A DNA stretch of 64,000 nucleotides from assembly GCA_002269645.1 (NCBI GenBank), contig NIVC01001355.1, forward strand, positions 143,882 to 207,881, in the 5' to 3' direction. How positions within the stretch are numbered: position 1 is the first letter of the stretch; every line of letters starts with the position of its first letter. Made by a program: the position numbers and the translations under genes. The DNA comes from Macrostomum lignano. Lineage: Eukaryota. Of this stretch, positions 14,162 through 27,400 are shown piece by piece. Below the pieces are notes generated by a model, which worked only from the letters and a program-made list of their open reading frames with translations, made no database searches and was not told the DNA's origin.

Positions 14162-15416
14162 GGCTGCGCGGAATCGAGGGCCGACAGTTCCTTAGACAAA
14201 GGAATGAAATATTTTTTAACGTTCATAGCAGTACAGACCATTTGATATGACTTTATCATATTTTTAGTGTTGTCATGCTGCTTATAGATGTGAACTTTAG
14301 CTATTTTGCTTGTCAAAATTGAATTGCGAAAGTTAGGTGCGCGTCAAGTTTACTGGTATCTGTCTTGATGGCATCAATAGTTCTTCTATTCTGTGTTAAA
14401 TGCTTTGCCGAAGATTAGTCTCTTTTTCTAGCTGTGTCGTCTGTTTTTTATCAACATTTGGGAACTTGTGAGCAGCATAATAACTCCTGTAAGCTGTTTT
14501 ATATAGCACTGGCGCACCTGTTAGACTTCTATCCGAGCTGTTTTGAGATGCGCTTCTGTTGTTACTTGATTGCTTAACTCCTTTTTAAATTGATTTAAGT
14601 CTGTAGGACTGGCAAGCGCAGCTAGCGGTCCTTGAACTACTCCTCATTGCATTGAAAATGGTTGTTTGAATAAATCGATTTTCTAGCAAAATTCTTAGAA
14701 TTCACTTCGCTCTCCTGCACACCTGTTGCTTACTTGTCACGCGCGCACCTGCAGTATCCACCTTACCTTAGCGCTATTGTGTTTCTTCTTGTTGCTTACT
14801 TACAGTGCTCGAGTCTTATTCGTTATTCTATGTTTAAGCAACATGTTTTAGAATTTTAATGTTCTTGATACTGTAGCTGTTGTTTTATTTTTATTAATTT
14901 TTCTTTTGCTTCCTAAAACAAAATCCTCGATAACAAAATTGTTTTCAAAGTGAACAGATGAGCTTGTTCTAATATTTCGTAAATCTTTCTGATTGACCTA
15001 TGTACGTACCTTTTGATTCAGTACACCAGATGGAGAGCCGTGAGCTGTATCGATAGCTATTTAAGAATTGCATTGCATTGCTCTAGTTTCTTATTTAATA
15101 CAAATAGCGAAAGTGAATTTTTTAGCATCGTTTCAAGTTTGGGGCTTAGTTTGTATTTCCCTGAGGAATGAGTTTGCTGAGCCACAGAAGATCCCAGCCG
15201 ACTCCCCACATCGCATTTGTCCCGCGACCTCTTACCCAGCTGGAGACCAGTCGGTTTCCTTTGTATTCGAAGTTCCCAGGAGCCTCTAAGGTTTCAGGTT
15301 GAATCTGTGTTGTCTTTTAATTTCACTTTCGAACCATTGAAATAGCATTAAATTTCATTCCAGAGCCTTCTTCTTCCCGTGGTAAACAGAAACAGCAACC
15401 AAATCAAATCTGCGAC

Positions 15417-15497
15417 ATGCCATCCGAACAAGTGCGCGAGTTCGTTCGCCGCATCTCATCGAAAGATTCGGACGAATATCCCAACTGGGATCCGACG
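15417..15497 (+). CDS. ChAT: ChAT coding exon 1 ([27 protein letters not shown])
   Basis: Acceptor at 15362-15363, ATG 15417, donor ACG|GTGAGC, phase 0 matches exon 2. Confidence 0.75.
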
Positions 15498-18400
15498 GTG
15501 AGCACAATTGTATTGGTGGGATTTGAATTAATCATTTAATATATATATATATAGCTTGAAGTTTAAAGTCGAAAGTCAAAACACGTACACTGATCTCACC
15601 TGTACATTTGTCCCTACGTGTAAATTTATTCCATCTGTGCATTTATCCCACGTGTAAATTGATCCCACCTGTACATTGATCCCATTTGTACATTCATCCC
15701 ACCTTTACATTTATCAAAACGTGTAAACTTATTCCACGTGTAAATTTATCCCACCCGTGCATTGATCTCACCTGTACATTTATCCCACCTGTACATTGAT
15801 CCCACCTGTCCATTTATCCCACCTGTACATTGATCCCACCAGTCCATTTATCCTACCTGTACATTGATCCCACCAGTCCATTTATCCTACCTGTACATTG
15901 ATCCCAACTGTACATTGATCCTACCTGTACATTTATCCTACCTGTACATTTATCCTACCTGTACATTTATCCTACCTGTACATTTATCCTACCTGTGCAT
16001 TTATCCTACCTGTACATTTATCCTACCTGTACATTTATCCTACCTGTACATTTATCCTACATGTACATTTATCCCACCTGTACATTTATCCTACCTGTAC
16101 ATTGATCCAACCTCTAAATTTATCCCCACATGTAAATTTATCCCACGTCTAAGTTAATCCGACGTGTAATTTAATCGCACCTGTACATTAATCCCACCTG
16201 TATATTGATCCCACCTGTACATTAATCCCACATGTATATTGATCCCACCAGAACATTGAAGTCAACGCGTGTACATTTCTCATGCCTGCGTATTCATGGT
16301 AGCTTGATGTACTCCAGTGCCGACACCAACTTTGTATAGAATGTTCAATCTTGTCTACCTTTATCAACAAACTTTGCGTCAATTTATTAGAACTATTAAA
16401 TACTTCAACCTGAGAATTCTGTTCATCAATGCAGAGACCCCTGCCGAAGCTGCCGGTGCCGGAGCTGCACGCCACCCTGGCAACCTACCTGAAGCTGGTC
16501 GAACCCGTTGTGTCCGAGGAGCGCTTTGCCAATACGAAACGAATCGTCCAGGAGTTTCTTCAGCCCGGCGGCGTCGGGGAGAAGCTGCAGAAGCAGCTGG
16601 TGGAGACCGCGAAGACCAAGGAGAACTGGGTAAAAGTCAATGTCAATTGTGACCCTTAGGAGAGCACTGATCATAGTGACACGGCCACTGCAACAGCTCG
16701 TTTACGAGGTCAAGATTATCTGTACATAATTTGTACATTTATTAAATACGAGGCGTAAGGCACCCTCTGTACCATAGGAGTTTTGTATATTCGTATTTTT
16801 TAATTTGTCTGATAGCCAAAGCATTCAGCATGCTCTCGAGAAACTGGTTTTTTCTAGACCGAAGTTGTCTATGGCAGGGGTCTCAAGGGCCTGATAAAGA
16901 ATCCAGCTCATGGCTGCGGGCCAAATGAGAGAGAAAAGGAGAGAGAACTGAATATGAGAGATGAGAGATGAGAGATGAGAGGAGAGGCGAGAGACGGAAT
17001 GAGAGAAGAGATAAGTGAGAAGATAGAGAAAAGAAGAAAGAGGAGAGGAGAGAGGAGAGGGGCGAGAGAAAAGGGGAGAGAGGAGAGGCGAGAAAGAAGA
17101 CGAAAGACGGGAGAGAAGAGAGACACAGAGATTATGGGTCGGCAGACTTTTTACCTCAAGGGTCAGATTGAGAACCTAGAGCATGGCTGCAGGCCAGAGG
17201 AGGAGAGATAGGAGATGGGCAGAGGGAAAGAAGATTGTTGAGAGATACAAGAAATAAGAAGGGAGAGGGGAGAGGAGAGAGAGGAGAGAAGAGGAGAGAA
17301 AAGAGGAGAGACACAAGCCCTTGTATAAATTGTATAATTTAACCTTGTAAAAATGCCTAACTAACCATTGAAGGTGAGCGACTGGTGGCTAGACGACATG
17401 TACCTGCTGAACCAGCTCCCACTGCCGGTGAACTCCAATCCAGGACTCGTGTTCCCAAGCACATCGTTCGAGAGCGACAGGGAACAGCTGAGGTGCGTGA
17501 CAGAGAAACGGAGGAACAGGCGGAAGGCAGGTGGACGCTAGTTCGAGATGCGTAGGAGGTCTGCATAGACTTTGGAAGTGTTGCAAGACTGCGCGCCCCT
17601 TCTCATATCGGATTTCCTTCTACAGCAAGTTTAGTTTCTGTTCGTGGCCCACCCTTGCCCCGACGCTGAGACCTGCTAATGAGGGCGAAGAGGTGGGCGA
17701 AGAGGGGAGAGACAGACTGGCGGGTGGACGGGCTGGCGGGGGGAGACCGATGAGGCGCGTGAGAATACTTTAACAGGAGCATCGTTTTGAGCATGCAATG
17801 TTGAGCGAAAGCTCGTTCGATCGGAATGAGAGAAGGGGAAAAAACAAGCACAAAAACTCAAAACAGTCTTTCTGGTGACAGTGATTGACGGGCCTGACTG
17901 GCGTCAACCATTCCAATCGAATCCTGGAAATTCAATCCGCGCAGCTATCAACAATTTTCGGCAACTGATCAGCAATTTTTTTAGACAAAAAATCGATATT
18001 TTCAAGTTATCTAGTTAGTACTGAAAGTCAATATAGCTTTGCTAGTCAGCTGGGAGACAGAGAGCGAGAGCGCGAACTGAAGCTTTTGTAGCAGGACACG
18101 ATCGCGTGCTCAAGGGGAAAGGGGGCTGCGCTAACCCGAAGCTCCGAAGGCCAAAACCCTGAGCTGCCCTACTGAGTCCTCCTCCTCGACCTCCGCCACC
18201 CGGAGCTCTCTTAAACTTTTCTGTGTCTCATCTTGTCGACTGCTCACCCGCCGCCCTCACCTGCCATCCCCACCCCCTGAGCCGCATCGATACAGCCTGC
18301 TCGGCTCAGCATCGGAATCGATGCATGCAAATGAGGAGCTCGTTTAGGCCGTCCGGTGCGTCAACCCCCCAAGTTATACTGGAGAGAAGACCGGAGAGAG

Positions 18401-21400
18401 ACGCTGTGTATCGCAGATCGACTCGTATTCTGTGGCTGCTTCTTTTGCTTTTTTCTTCGTTTTCTTAGCTTCTTTTGATGTGCGAGCGACTTCTCCTCGT
18501 GCGGGCAGGGATGCTGGCGCGGTAATCACTGGGCAGGTAGTCAGCTTCAGGAGCAGAACGTCAAATTACAGACCAACCCTGCCGCTTGCATCCATTTGTT
18601 TCCCTAAGTCTAAGCAAGAACGGACGAGACAACCTGTCTTACCCCTGATTGTATGTTCGTATGGTTGAAACTGGCGCTACAGTTGTACATTTCTTACCTA
18701 TAATGTGAGACTTTCTAGAAATTTTGTGAGACTTGAGACTTTTTGTCCATCGCAGTGCAAATGAATTTTTTAAAACTTAAAAAGGCTCGGATCGCACTAG
18801 AAAAATAAGTGCTTTCTCATCCAGACCTGACTAATCGTGCAGATGCTCTAAACTAGGACGTTTCGGAATGACTAATCTTTTGGACATTTGTCAAAGTTAC
18901 TGCAGATCCAAAGCAATCAGTCCACGGTTGTGAGATAATTAATCCATTGATACCTGTAGGTTGAGTCAGTGTGAATGTGTCCAAATACATTCATTTGGGC
19001 CTACGCGCATTGAATTTAATCCAAGATACGTTTGCCAATGTAACGGAGCTTTTGTCTATGGTAGCAAGGCTGCCACAGCGGCAGTTGATTTGGTCCAACA
19101 AGCATCAATTTGGTCCATAGCTTCATTTGCAACTGCTGCGGAGGAGCAAAATCAGCCCCCCCCCCCAGAATTGTGGACCATGTGCTGGGCTGTCGAAAGA
19201 ATGCCATTGGCTTGTGATCGAAGCGCTCAACAGAGGTGAACACCCAAAGGACATTGAAAGGTTGCTGAATGTAAAATAAAAGATGGTTGACAGCATCCAT
19301 CAGCGCGTTGAAACCACTGGCGGCAGAGGTCGCCTGCGAAAGGGTGGCAATCGCCAAGGCAAGTTGCTCGAGAGGCTCAAATCCAACTGCTACTCGATGC
19401 AGTTGAGACGAACCCTCTGTTGAAGTTGCAGAAAATGCAGCAGAAGTTGAAGGAACAGTTACAGTTGGTTATCAAACTTCGACTATGAGCAGAGCTCTGG
19501 AAAAGCAACTGAAAACTGTTGGTAGAGACTCTGACATTCCAGCGGTACGGAACAACCTGCAGGCGGTTGCGAGAAGGCAAGAGTTTGCCGAATGGCTCAC
19601 AAGCATTTGGACCAAATTGATGCTTGTTGGACCAAATTAAATGCCACTGTGCCAGCCTTGCTACCATAGACAAAAGCTCCGTTACACTGGCAAAGATCTT
19701 AGATCTCTTGGCAAAGAGCATACAGTGTAGATCTTATATTATAGAATATATAGAATTATACTTAGCTCGTATAGAATATAAAATCTATGCAAACGTATCT
19801 TATCTAAAATCTATGCTAAATCAAATCGCGTAAGCCCGAATAGGGCGCAAAAAGCCATATTATAGAATAGTTCTAAACAGATTTTTTGCCTTGCTAACTG
19901 CAACACTCGTGTAGAGCATAAAAGCTGCTCAGCGCCCGATAAACCTCGCAATAATAAGCAAAACTCAGAAAGCCACGCAACCGCAAAACTCGTGTCAAAA
20001 TGCAACATTAGCGAACGAAAAAAACTACAATTTGCACACTAGTCTGTAACTAATAAGTAATGCTCGAGTTCTCCGGGACCCTGAGAGACTGAGAGAGCGG
20101 ACCACAGCGCAAGACGTAGGAATGTCGTTCCTGCTCGGCTTGGCCCGGAATTAAATGCAAATGAAGTGGAACACCGGGGCAGCGGCTCCCGAGCTTCTCC
20201 CTCGGTGCACGGACCGATAATTGACCGTCGCGTTTCCCTGCCTGCCGCTATCGAGGCGCTGAAGAGAGAAAATAGCTGGGAGTCTGGGGCTGCGGCAGCC
20301 AAGCCTCTCCCTCTGCCGCCCCACCAACCGTCCCGAGTTGCTTTTGCTGCGTGGAAAGAAATATCCCGGAGGTGGCAACCGAGTTTGCTGCGTGCCTGGC
20401 TTGCACTTCACTGCTCTTATGCTTGCCTGGCCCACCAAATCCCCGAGACCACATGACCATGGAGCCAAATCTTGCTGACCAGTTCGAGCTACTGACTGCT
20501 TTATTCTGTGATTGATCAGGCTGACTGGCTGGGTAGTGCCTTTTTGTCTCCTAAGAGACAGAGAGAGAGAGCTCACTAACTCTACTTCGGACTAATTTTC
20601 TTTCCTGGACTGTAGAATTCTCTGCCTGTCTTCGTGCGTTTGTCGCCATGTTCGTCTGTCTTAGTGTCTGTCTTAGTGTCTGTCTTAGTGTCAGTCTTTC
20701 TGTCTTAGTGTCTGTCTTAGTGTCTGTCTTAGTGTCTGTCTTAGTGTCTGTCTTAGTGTCTGTCTTAGCGTCTGTCTTAGTGTCTGTCTTAGTGTCTGTC
20801 TTAGTGTCTGTCTTAGTGTCTGTCTTAGTACCTGCCTTTGTGTCTGTCTTAGTGTCTGTCTTAGTGTCTGTCTTAGTGTCTGTCTTAGTGTCAGTCTTTC
20901 TGTCTTAGTGTCTGTCTTAGTGTCTGTCTTAGTGTCTGTCTTAGTGTCTGTCTTAGTGTCAGTCTTTCTGTCTTAGTGTCTGTCTTAGTGTCTGTCTTAG
21001 TGTCTGTCTTAGTGTCTGTCTTAGTGTCAGTCTTTCTGTCTTAGTGTCTGTCTTAGTGTCTGTCTTAGTGTCAGTCTTTCTGTCTTAGTGTCTGTCTTAG
21101 TGTCTGTCTTAGTGTCTGTCTTAGTGTCTGTCTTAGTGTCTGTCTTAGTGCCTGCCTTTGTGTCTGTTTTAGTGTCTGTCTTAGTGTCAGTCTTTCTGTC
21201 TTAGTGTCTGTCTTAGTGTCTGTCTTAGTGTCAGTCTTTCTGTCTTAGTGTCTGTCTTAGTGTCTGTCTTAGTGTCTGTCTTAGTGTCTGTCTTAGTGTC
21301 TGTCTTAGTGCCTGCCTTTGTGTCTGTTTTAGTGTCTGTCTTAGTGTCTGTCTTAGTGTCTGTCCTAGTGTCTGTCTGTCTGTCTTAGCGTCTGTCTTAG

Positions 21401-24400
21401 TGTCTGTCTTAGTGCCTGTCTTAGTGTCTGTCTTAGCGTCTGTCTTAGTGTCTGTCTTAGCGTCTGTCTTAGTGTCTGTTTTAGTGTCTGCCTTAGTGTC
21501 TGTCTTAGTGTCTGTCTGTCTGTCTTAGTGTCTGTCCTAGTGTCTGTCTGTCTGTCTTAGTGTCTGTCTTAGCGTCTGTCTTAGTGTCTGTTTTAGTGTC
21601 TGCCTTAGTGTCTGCCTTAGTGTCTGTCTTAGTGTCTGTCTGTCTATCTTAGTGTCTGTCCTAGTGTCTGTATGTCTGTCTTAGTGTCTGTCTTAGTGTC
21701 TGTCTTAGCGTCTGTCTTAGTGTCTGTCTTAGTGTCTGTCTTAGTGTCTGTCTTAGTGTCTGTTTTAGTGTCTGCCTTAGTGTCCGTCTTAGTGTCTGTC
21801 TGTCTGTCTTAGTATCTGTCCTAGTGTCTGTCTGTCTGTCCGTCTTAGTGTCTGTCTTAGTGTCTGTCTTAGCGTCTGTCTTAGTGTCTGTCTTAGTGTC
21901 TGTCTTAGTGTCTGTCTGTCTGTCTTAGTGTCTGTCTGTCTGTCTTAGTGTCTGTCTGTCTGTCTGTCTATCTATCTGTCCGTGTGTCTGTCTGCAGCAG
22001 CGACTGCCCAGCGGACAACTACCTGTATGTAACATTTGATTCCAGTTTCCCAATGAAGCACAGTTTCCCAAATTCTACTCAAAGAAGTGGAAAAATCATA
22101 CGTCTAGAGAGATTAAACACTGTATCAAACGGTTCTTGGAACAAGCTAGCACCCATCTCGAAATCCCAAAATCTCAAAGTTTCAAGCTTCAAGCCATCCC
22201 TAGTCAGAAAGTTTTTGCCAGAAAAACTGCTGCATCAATTCCCAGAGATTCAGACAGGCTCGAATTTCAAAAAGTGATGAAGCTGCCCGAACAGCTGCAT
22301 AATGCATGCCTGCTTCAGATAGCATATGAATAGAGTGATTGGAAAGTTGAAGGAGGCTGTGTGGATTTCAGGTTCCTGGTGCTCGATATACTATATCGAT
22401 TTAAGTATTGCAGATTAGGCAAAAATAGACCAGTTATTATAACGAGAACAACAAGTCCTTCTAATTTTTTTCATTTCAGATTTGCCGCTCAACTCATCGT
22501 TGCAATTTTCGACTACAAAACTATTTTAGACGAGTAAGGCTGTTATGAATATGGACTGTTTTCTAGCTAAGTGCTTGAGCAGCTAATGTTTGTGGTCGAT
22601 TTTTTGGATTCTGGTTCTCTTTCCATCAAATATCTGATTGGTCACTCCCTTTGGCCTCAGTTAGCCCTTTCAGTCACTCCTATCTTCAGTCACTCCCGTC
22701 TTCAGTCACTCCCGTCTTCAGTCACTCCCGTCTTCAGTCACTCCCGTCTTCAGTTACTCCCGTCTTCAATCACTCCTGTCTTCAGTCACTACCGTCTTCA
22801 GTCACTCCCATTTTTAGTCACTCCTGTCCTCAATCAATCTCGTCTTCAGTCACTCCCGTCTTCAGTCACTCCCGTCTTCAGTCACTCCTGTCTTCAGTCA
22901 CTACCGTCTTCAGTCACTCCCATTTTTAGTCACTCCTGTCCTCAATCAATCTCGTCTTCAGTCACTCCCGTCTTCTATGACTCTTATCTTTAGGCAACCC
23001 GTCTTCAGTCACTCCCATCTTCAGTCACTCCTACCTCAGTCACTCCCATCTTCAGTTACTCCCATCTTCAGTCACTCCCATCTTCAGTCACTCCTACCTC
23101 AGTCACTCCCATCTTCAGTCACTCCCATCTTCAGTCACTCCTACCTCAGTCACTCCCATCTTCAGTCACTCCCATCTTCAGTCGCTCCTACCTCAGTCAC
23201 TCCTATCTTCAGTCGCTCCTACCTCAGTCACTCCCATCTTCAGTCGCTCCTACCTCAGTCACTCCCATCTTCAGTCGCTCCTACCTCAGTCACTCCCATC
23301 TTCAGTCACTCCCATCTTCAGTCACTCCTACCTCAGTCACTCCCATCTTCAGTCACTCCTACCTCAGTCACTCCCATCTTCAGTCGCTCCTACCTCAGTC
23401 ACTCCCATCTTCAGTCGCTCCTTCCTCAGTCACTCCCATCTTCAGTCGCTCCTACCTCAGTCACTCAGTGTCACTCACCGCCACCGAATCCGCGCAGGCG
23501 CAAGCTGCCAGTGGAGCGAGTCCGGCACCACAAGAAGGGCCAGCCGCTGTGCATGGAGCAATACTACCGGCTGTTCTCCTCTTATCGCCGTCCGGGAGTC
23601 GCCAAAGACGAACAGGTGCTGAATTTGGACCGAGATCCGTTTGATCCTGAGTACGTCATTGTTGCCTGCAATGATCAGGTGAGAGATCAGCTATAACTTA
23701 AAACTGACAACATGAAAACAGTTTCGTAAATTTAAGAGAAAAATGATAACTTTAAACGATCAGGAATTGTGTTGTATAAAATATACTTTAGTACCTGGGA
23801 TATCGTAACTTATCGAACTTCTGCTAGCAAAAATATTCGAAATTAACTTTTTGGATTTAAAGCGCTATAGCTATGATTCACTAACAGCAGCAACAACAGC
23901 AGCAACAACAGCAACAACAGCAGCAATAACAGCAGCAATAACAGCAGCAACAACAGCAGCAATAACAGCAGCAACAACAGCAGCAATAACAGCAGCATTT
24001 ACAGCAGCAACAACAGCACAACAGCAGCAATAACAGCAGCAATAACAGCAGCAACAACAGCAGGCTGGAGGAAGAAGACAGAAGCGGGCATTGCGGAGTG
24101 CAAGCTTCAGAATATGACCTTTGAGGACGAAGTGCCACCGCAACACCTTGGCAACTGCGTGGGAGGGATGCTATTAAGATCGATGGAGTGAGGGAAATGC
24201 TGCCGGGGGACAATTGGAGGAAAGGACTTTACAGCATCATGGAACAGGGACCGATGGACCGGATACTATACACGGAAGGATCGGTGGTAGAGGACAAAGG
24301 AGGCAGCAGTGGAGTGGTGGTGTGCCAACCCACGGATAACGACCCGGAGAGGGTCGGTAAAGTTGAGGCGACCATCCACCAAGCTGCGGGTACGCCCTGC

Positions 24401-27400
24401 TCATCTACGCAAGCGGAGATCTATGCGGTCATCGCTGGCCTGAACTGGCTTGATGAACACGCTGGCAAAGGAGGACGCGTAGTGATCATCAGTGACAGCC
24501 AGAGCTGCCTGCAAACTATTAAAGGACTGAGCAAAACCCGTTGGCTATCAGAGCAAGGAAAATGCTGAGGAAGCTGGAGGAGGAAGAGATGGTGGTGAAT
24601 TTGATATGGGTGCCCGCGCACTGCGGTCTTGCAGGAAATGAACTGGCGGATGAGGCGGCGAAAGTGGCGTCGACTAGGGCCCAGGATGGCATCAGAGTGC
24701 CAGCCAGCAGCAGCAAAAATTACATCCAGAGCAAACTAGGCAGAGACGACGACAGATCGAACAGGAGGAGCAAGGAGACGTACGGCGAGCAGGGAGTGGC
24801 GCTCCAACCGACGGGACTTAGTAAGGAGGAAGCGGTCGATTTCAGACGCTTCAGGAGTGGCCACTCCATGGATCTGGCGGCATACAAAAAACGGGTGGGC
24901 AAGCAAGAAGAAGGGTGGTGCACTAGGTGCGGCATGGCGGAGGAGACGATTGAACACGTTATGGACTGCCCGTCACGCGCAGCCTGAAGGAGGAGGTGGA
25001 TCTGCACGGGCTGAGAGATCTGAGCAGAAGGCCGGGGAACGCGGCTGTGTTCTGGAAGAGGTTCCGTGAGGAAGGACGTCACTAGCGGCTCGGTATCTAG
25101 GCACACACACAACAGCAGCAATAACAGCAGCAACAACAGCAACAACAACAGCAGCAATAACAGCAGCAATAACAGCAGCAACAACAGCAACAACAACAGC
25201 AGCAACAGCAGCAATAACAGCAGCAATAACAGCAGCAATAACAGCAGCAACAACAGCAGCAATAACAGCAGCAATAACAGCAACAACAACAGCAGCAATA
25301 ACAGCAGCAATAACAGCAGCAACAACAGCAACAATAACAACAATAACAGCAGCAATAACAGCAGCAATAACAGCAGCAATAACAGCAGCCATAACAGCAG
25401 CAATAACAGCAGCAACAACAGCAACAATAACAACAATAACAGCAGCAGCAATAACAGCAACAATAACAGCAGCAATAACAGCAGCAATAACAGCAGCAAT
25501 AACAGCAGCAATAACAACAATAACAGCAGCAATAACAGCAGCAGCAACAGCAGCAATAACAGCAGCAATAACAGCAACAATAACAGCAGCAACAACAACA
25601 ATAACAGCAGCAATAACAGCAGCAATAACAGCAGCAATAACAGCAACAACAACAGCAACAACAGCAGCAATAACAGCAACAATAACAGCAGCAACAACAA
25701 CAATAACAACAGCAATAACAGCAGCAATAACAGCAGCAATAACAGCAACAACAGCAGCAATAACAGCAGCAATAACAGCAGCAATAACAGCAGCAACAAC
25801 AACAATAACAGCAGCAATAACAACAATAACAGCAGCAATAACAACAATAACAGCAGCAATAACAACAATAACAGCAGCAATAACAGCAGCAACAACAACA
25901 ATAACAGCAGCAATAACAACAATAACAGCAGCAATAACAACAATAACAGCAGCAATATTAGCAGCAATAATAGCAGCAACAACAGCAACAATAAACAAGA
26001 GAGTCCCCCACTTTATTGCTACGACACGACAATGGCGTCGCGAGCAGACGACCTGCCGCTGAACGACCCCGCAATGACGGAAGCTTGGCTACGAAGCTTC
26101 GCTGCTCTCAGCCGCATCAAAAAGCTCACGGACACCGCAGAAAATCGGTAGGTCACTAACCTCTTCCTAGCGAAAGCCGGCGTGAATGCAGTGCGGATCG
26201 TCAGTGTCATGGCAAAAGCCTAAGGAGCTGGAGGAGATGGACTTCGCAGATATCAGAAAATTGATCATCGAGAAGACTCTCCCGAAGAAGAAGCTCGTCA
26301 TCGCTGAACGATCGAAATTCATATCGATGCGCCAGGAGCCGACTGAGTCAGTGCAGGCCTTCGCACAGAGACTCCGGGATGCCGCCTGCTTCTGCAAGTT
26401 CGACCAGTTGAACGCGGAGGACAGCCACCAGACTGCCGAGGATGAGCTCATGCAGACGATGCTCATCACAGCCGGATTCTGGAGCACATTCAGGGCTCAT
26501 CGCAGCCGGTGGCTCTCGACAGCAGCGTCGAGTTCATCCAGCAACTCGAGTTGATCCAGCAGTACGGCGGCGCGGATAGTCATAACAGCAGCAATACCAG
26601 CAGCAATACCAGCAGCAATACCAGCAGCAAAAACAGCAGCAATAAGCAGCAATAACAACAGAAATAATAGGCATGCATCCTCTCTCGGCATTGCTACAGT
26701 CAGCGCAAGTTCCAGAAATGCATTATTAAACAGGTAAAACATTCTTGCTTCTACGCAAGATTCAACAAAGGGTTCAGCTGCAGTGTCGGCTGCACAGTCT
26801 CACGTACTTGTTGAGACAGTTTAGAAGACAATTGAGACTATTTACTGTTTCCACAGGCAAGCTGACTGGGCCTATAGACTATTCTTCAGCGTTCACTCGA
26901 CTCAACAGAGACCAATATATTATCGTTTCATTGGAAATTACTTTTTCTTTCCAATCTCTACTCGATTGCATCTCTTTGATAGGGAATACAGGTATTTAGG
27001 CACAACATGCACCCGCCTTTATCTGCATGCTTTTTTTGCTTATCATATAGCTCCTGTTTTGTGGCACTTTTTTGGTGCAAATCGAGTACGCAAGGTCCAT
27101 TGATTATGAGCGTATATTCTGTCAACGAGAATTATCCAGACCCTTTGTGGCTTGGAGGAAATGTAGAGACTCACAATAAAACAAATAAGAGCAATGGAAG
27201 ATTTTAGGTAGCCACATTTGGGAAGTGTAACACTTGTGCTGGTTAATTTATAAACTACATTTGGGAAGCTAAACTGGCCCCTAAATATATGTTTTGCACA
27301 ATTATGGAGCGCTGCATCCTTCAACTGCAAGTACGAGTAACTGTTCCTTGATTGACTGAATTTGCAGTTTTACGTGCTTGACGCCATGTTCGGCTGCAAC

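Larger units (their letters stand above)
23883..26660. repeat. AAC/AGC/AAT trinucleotide-derived satellite in three blocks (23883-24063, 25111-25993, 26582-26660), interrupted by retroelements
   Basis: Units such as AATAACAGCAGC and AACAACAGCAGC. Confidence 0.93.

Noticed and set aside
15159-15285. COE/UNC-3-like sites (TCCCTGAGGA, TCCCAGGAGC) near ChAT exon 1
   Set aside because: Mismatched 10-mers are expected by chance; no conservation data
24720-26151. Long poly-Leu, poly-Val/Ala/Ile and Asn/Ser ORFs
   Set aside because: Translations of the AAC/AGC/AAT satellite inside ChAT intron 5; the non-repeat tails belong to the LINE and gag relics
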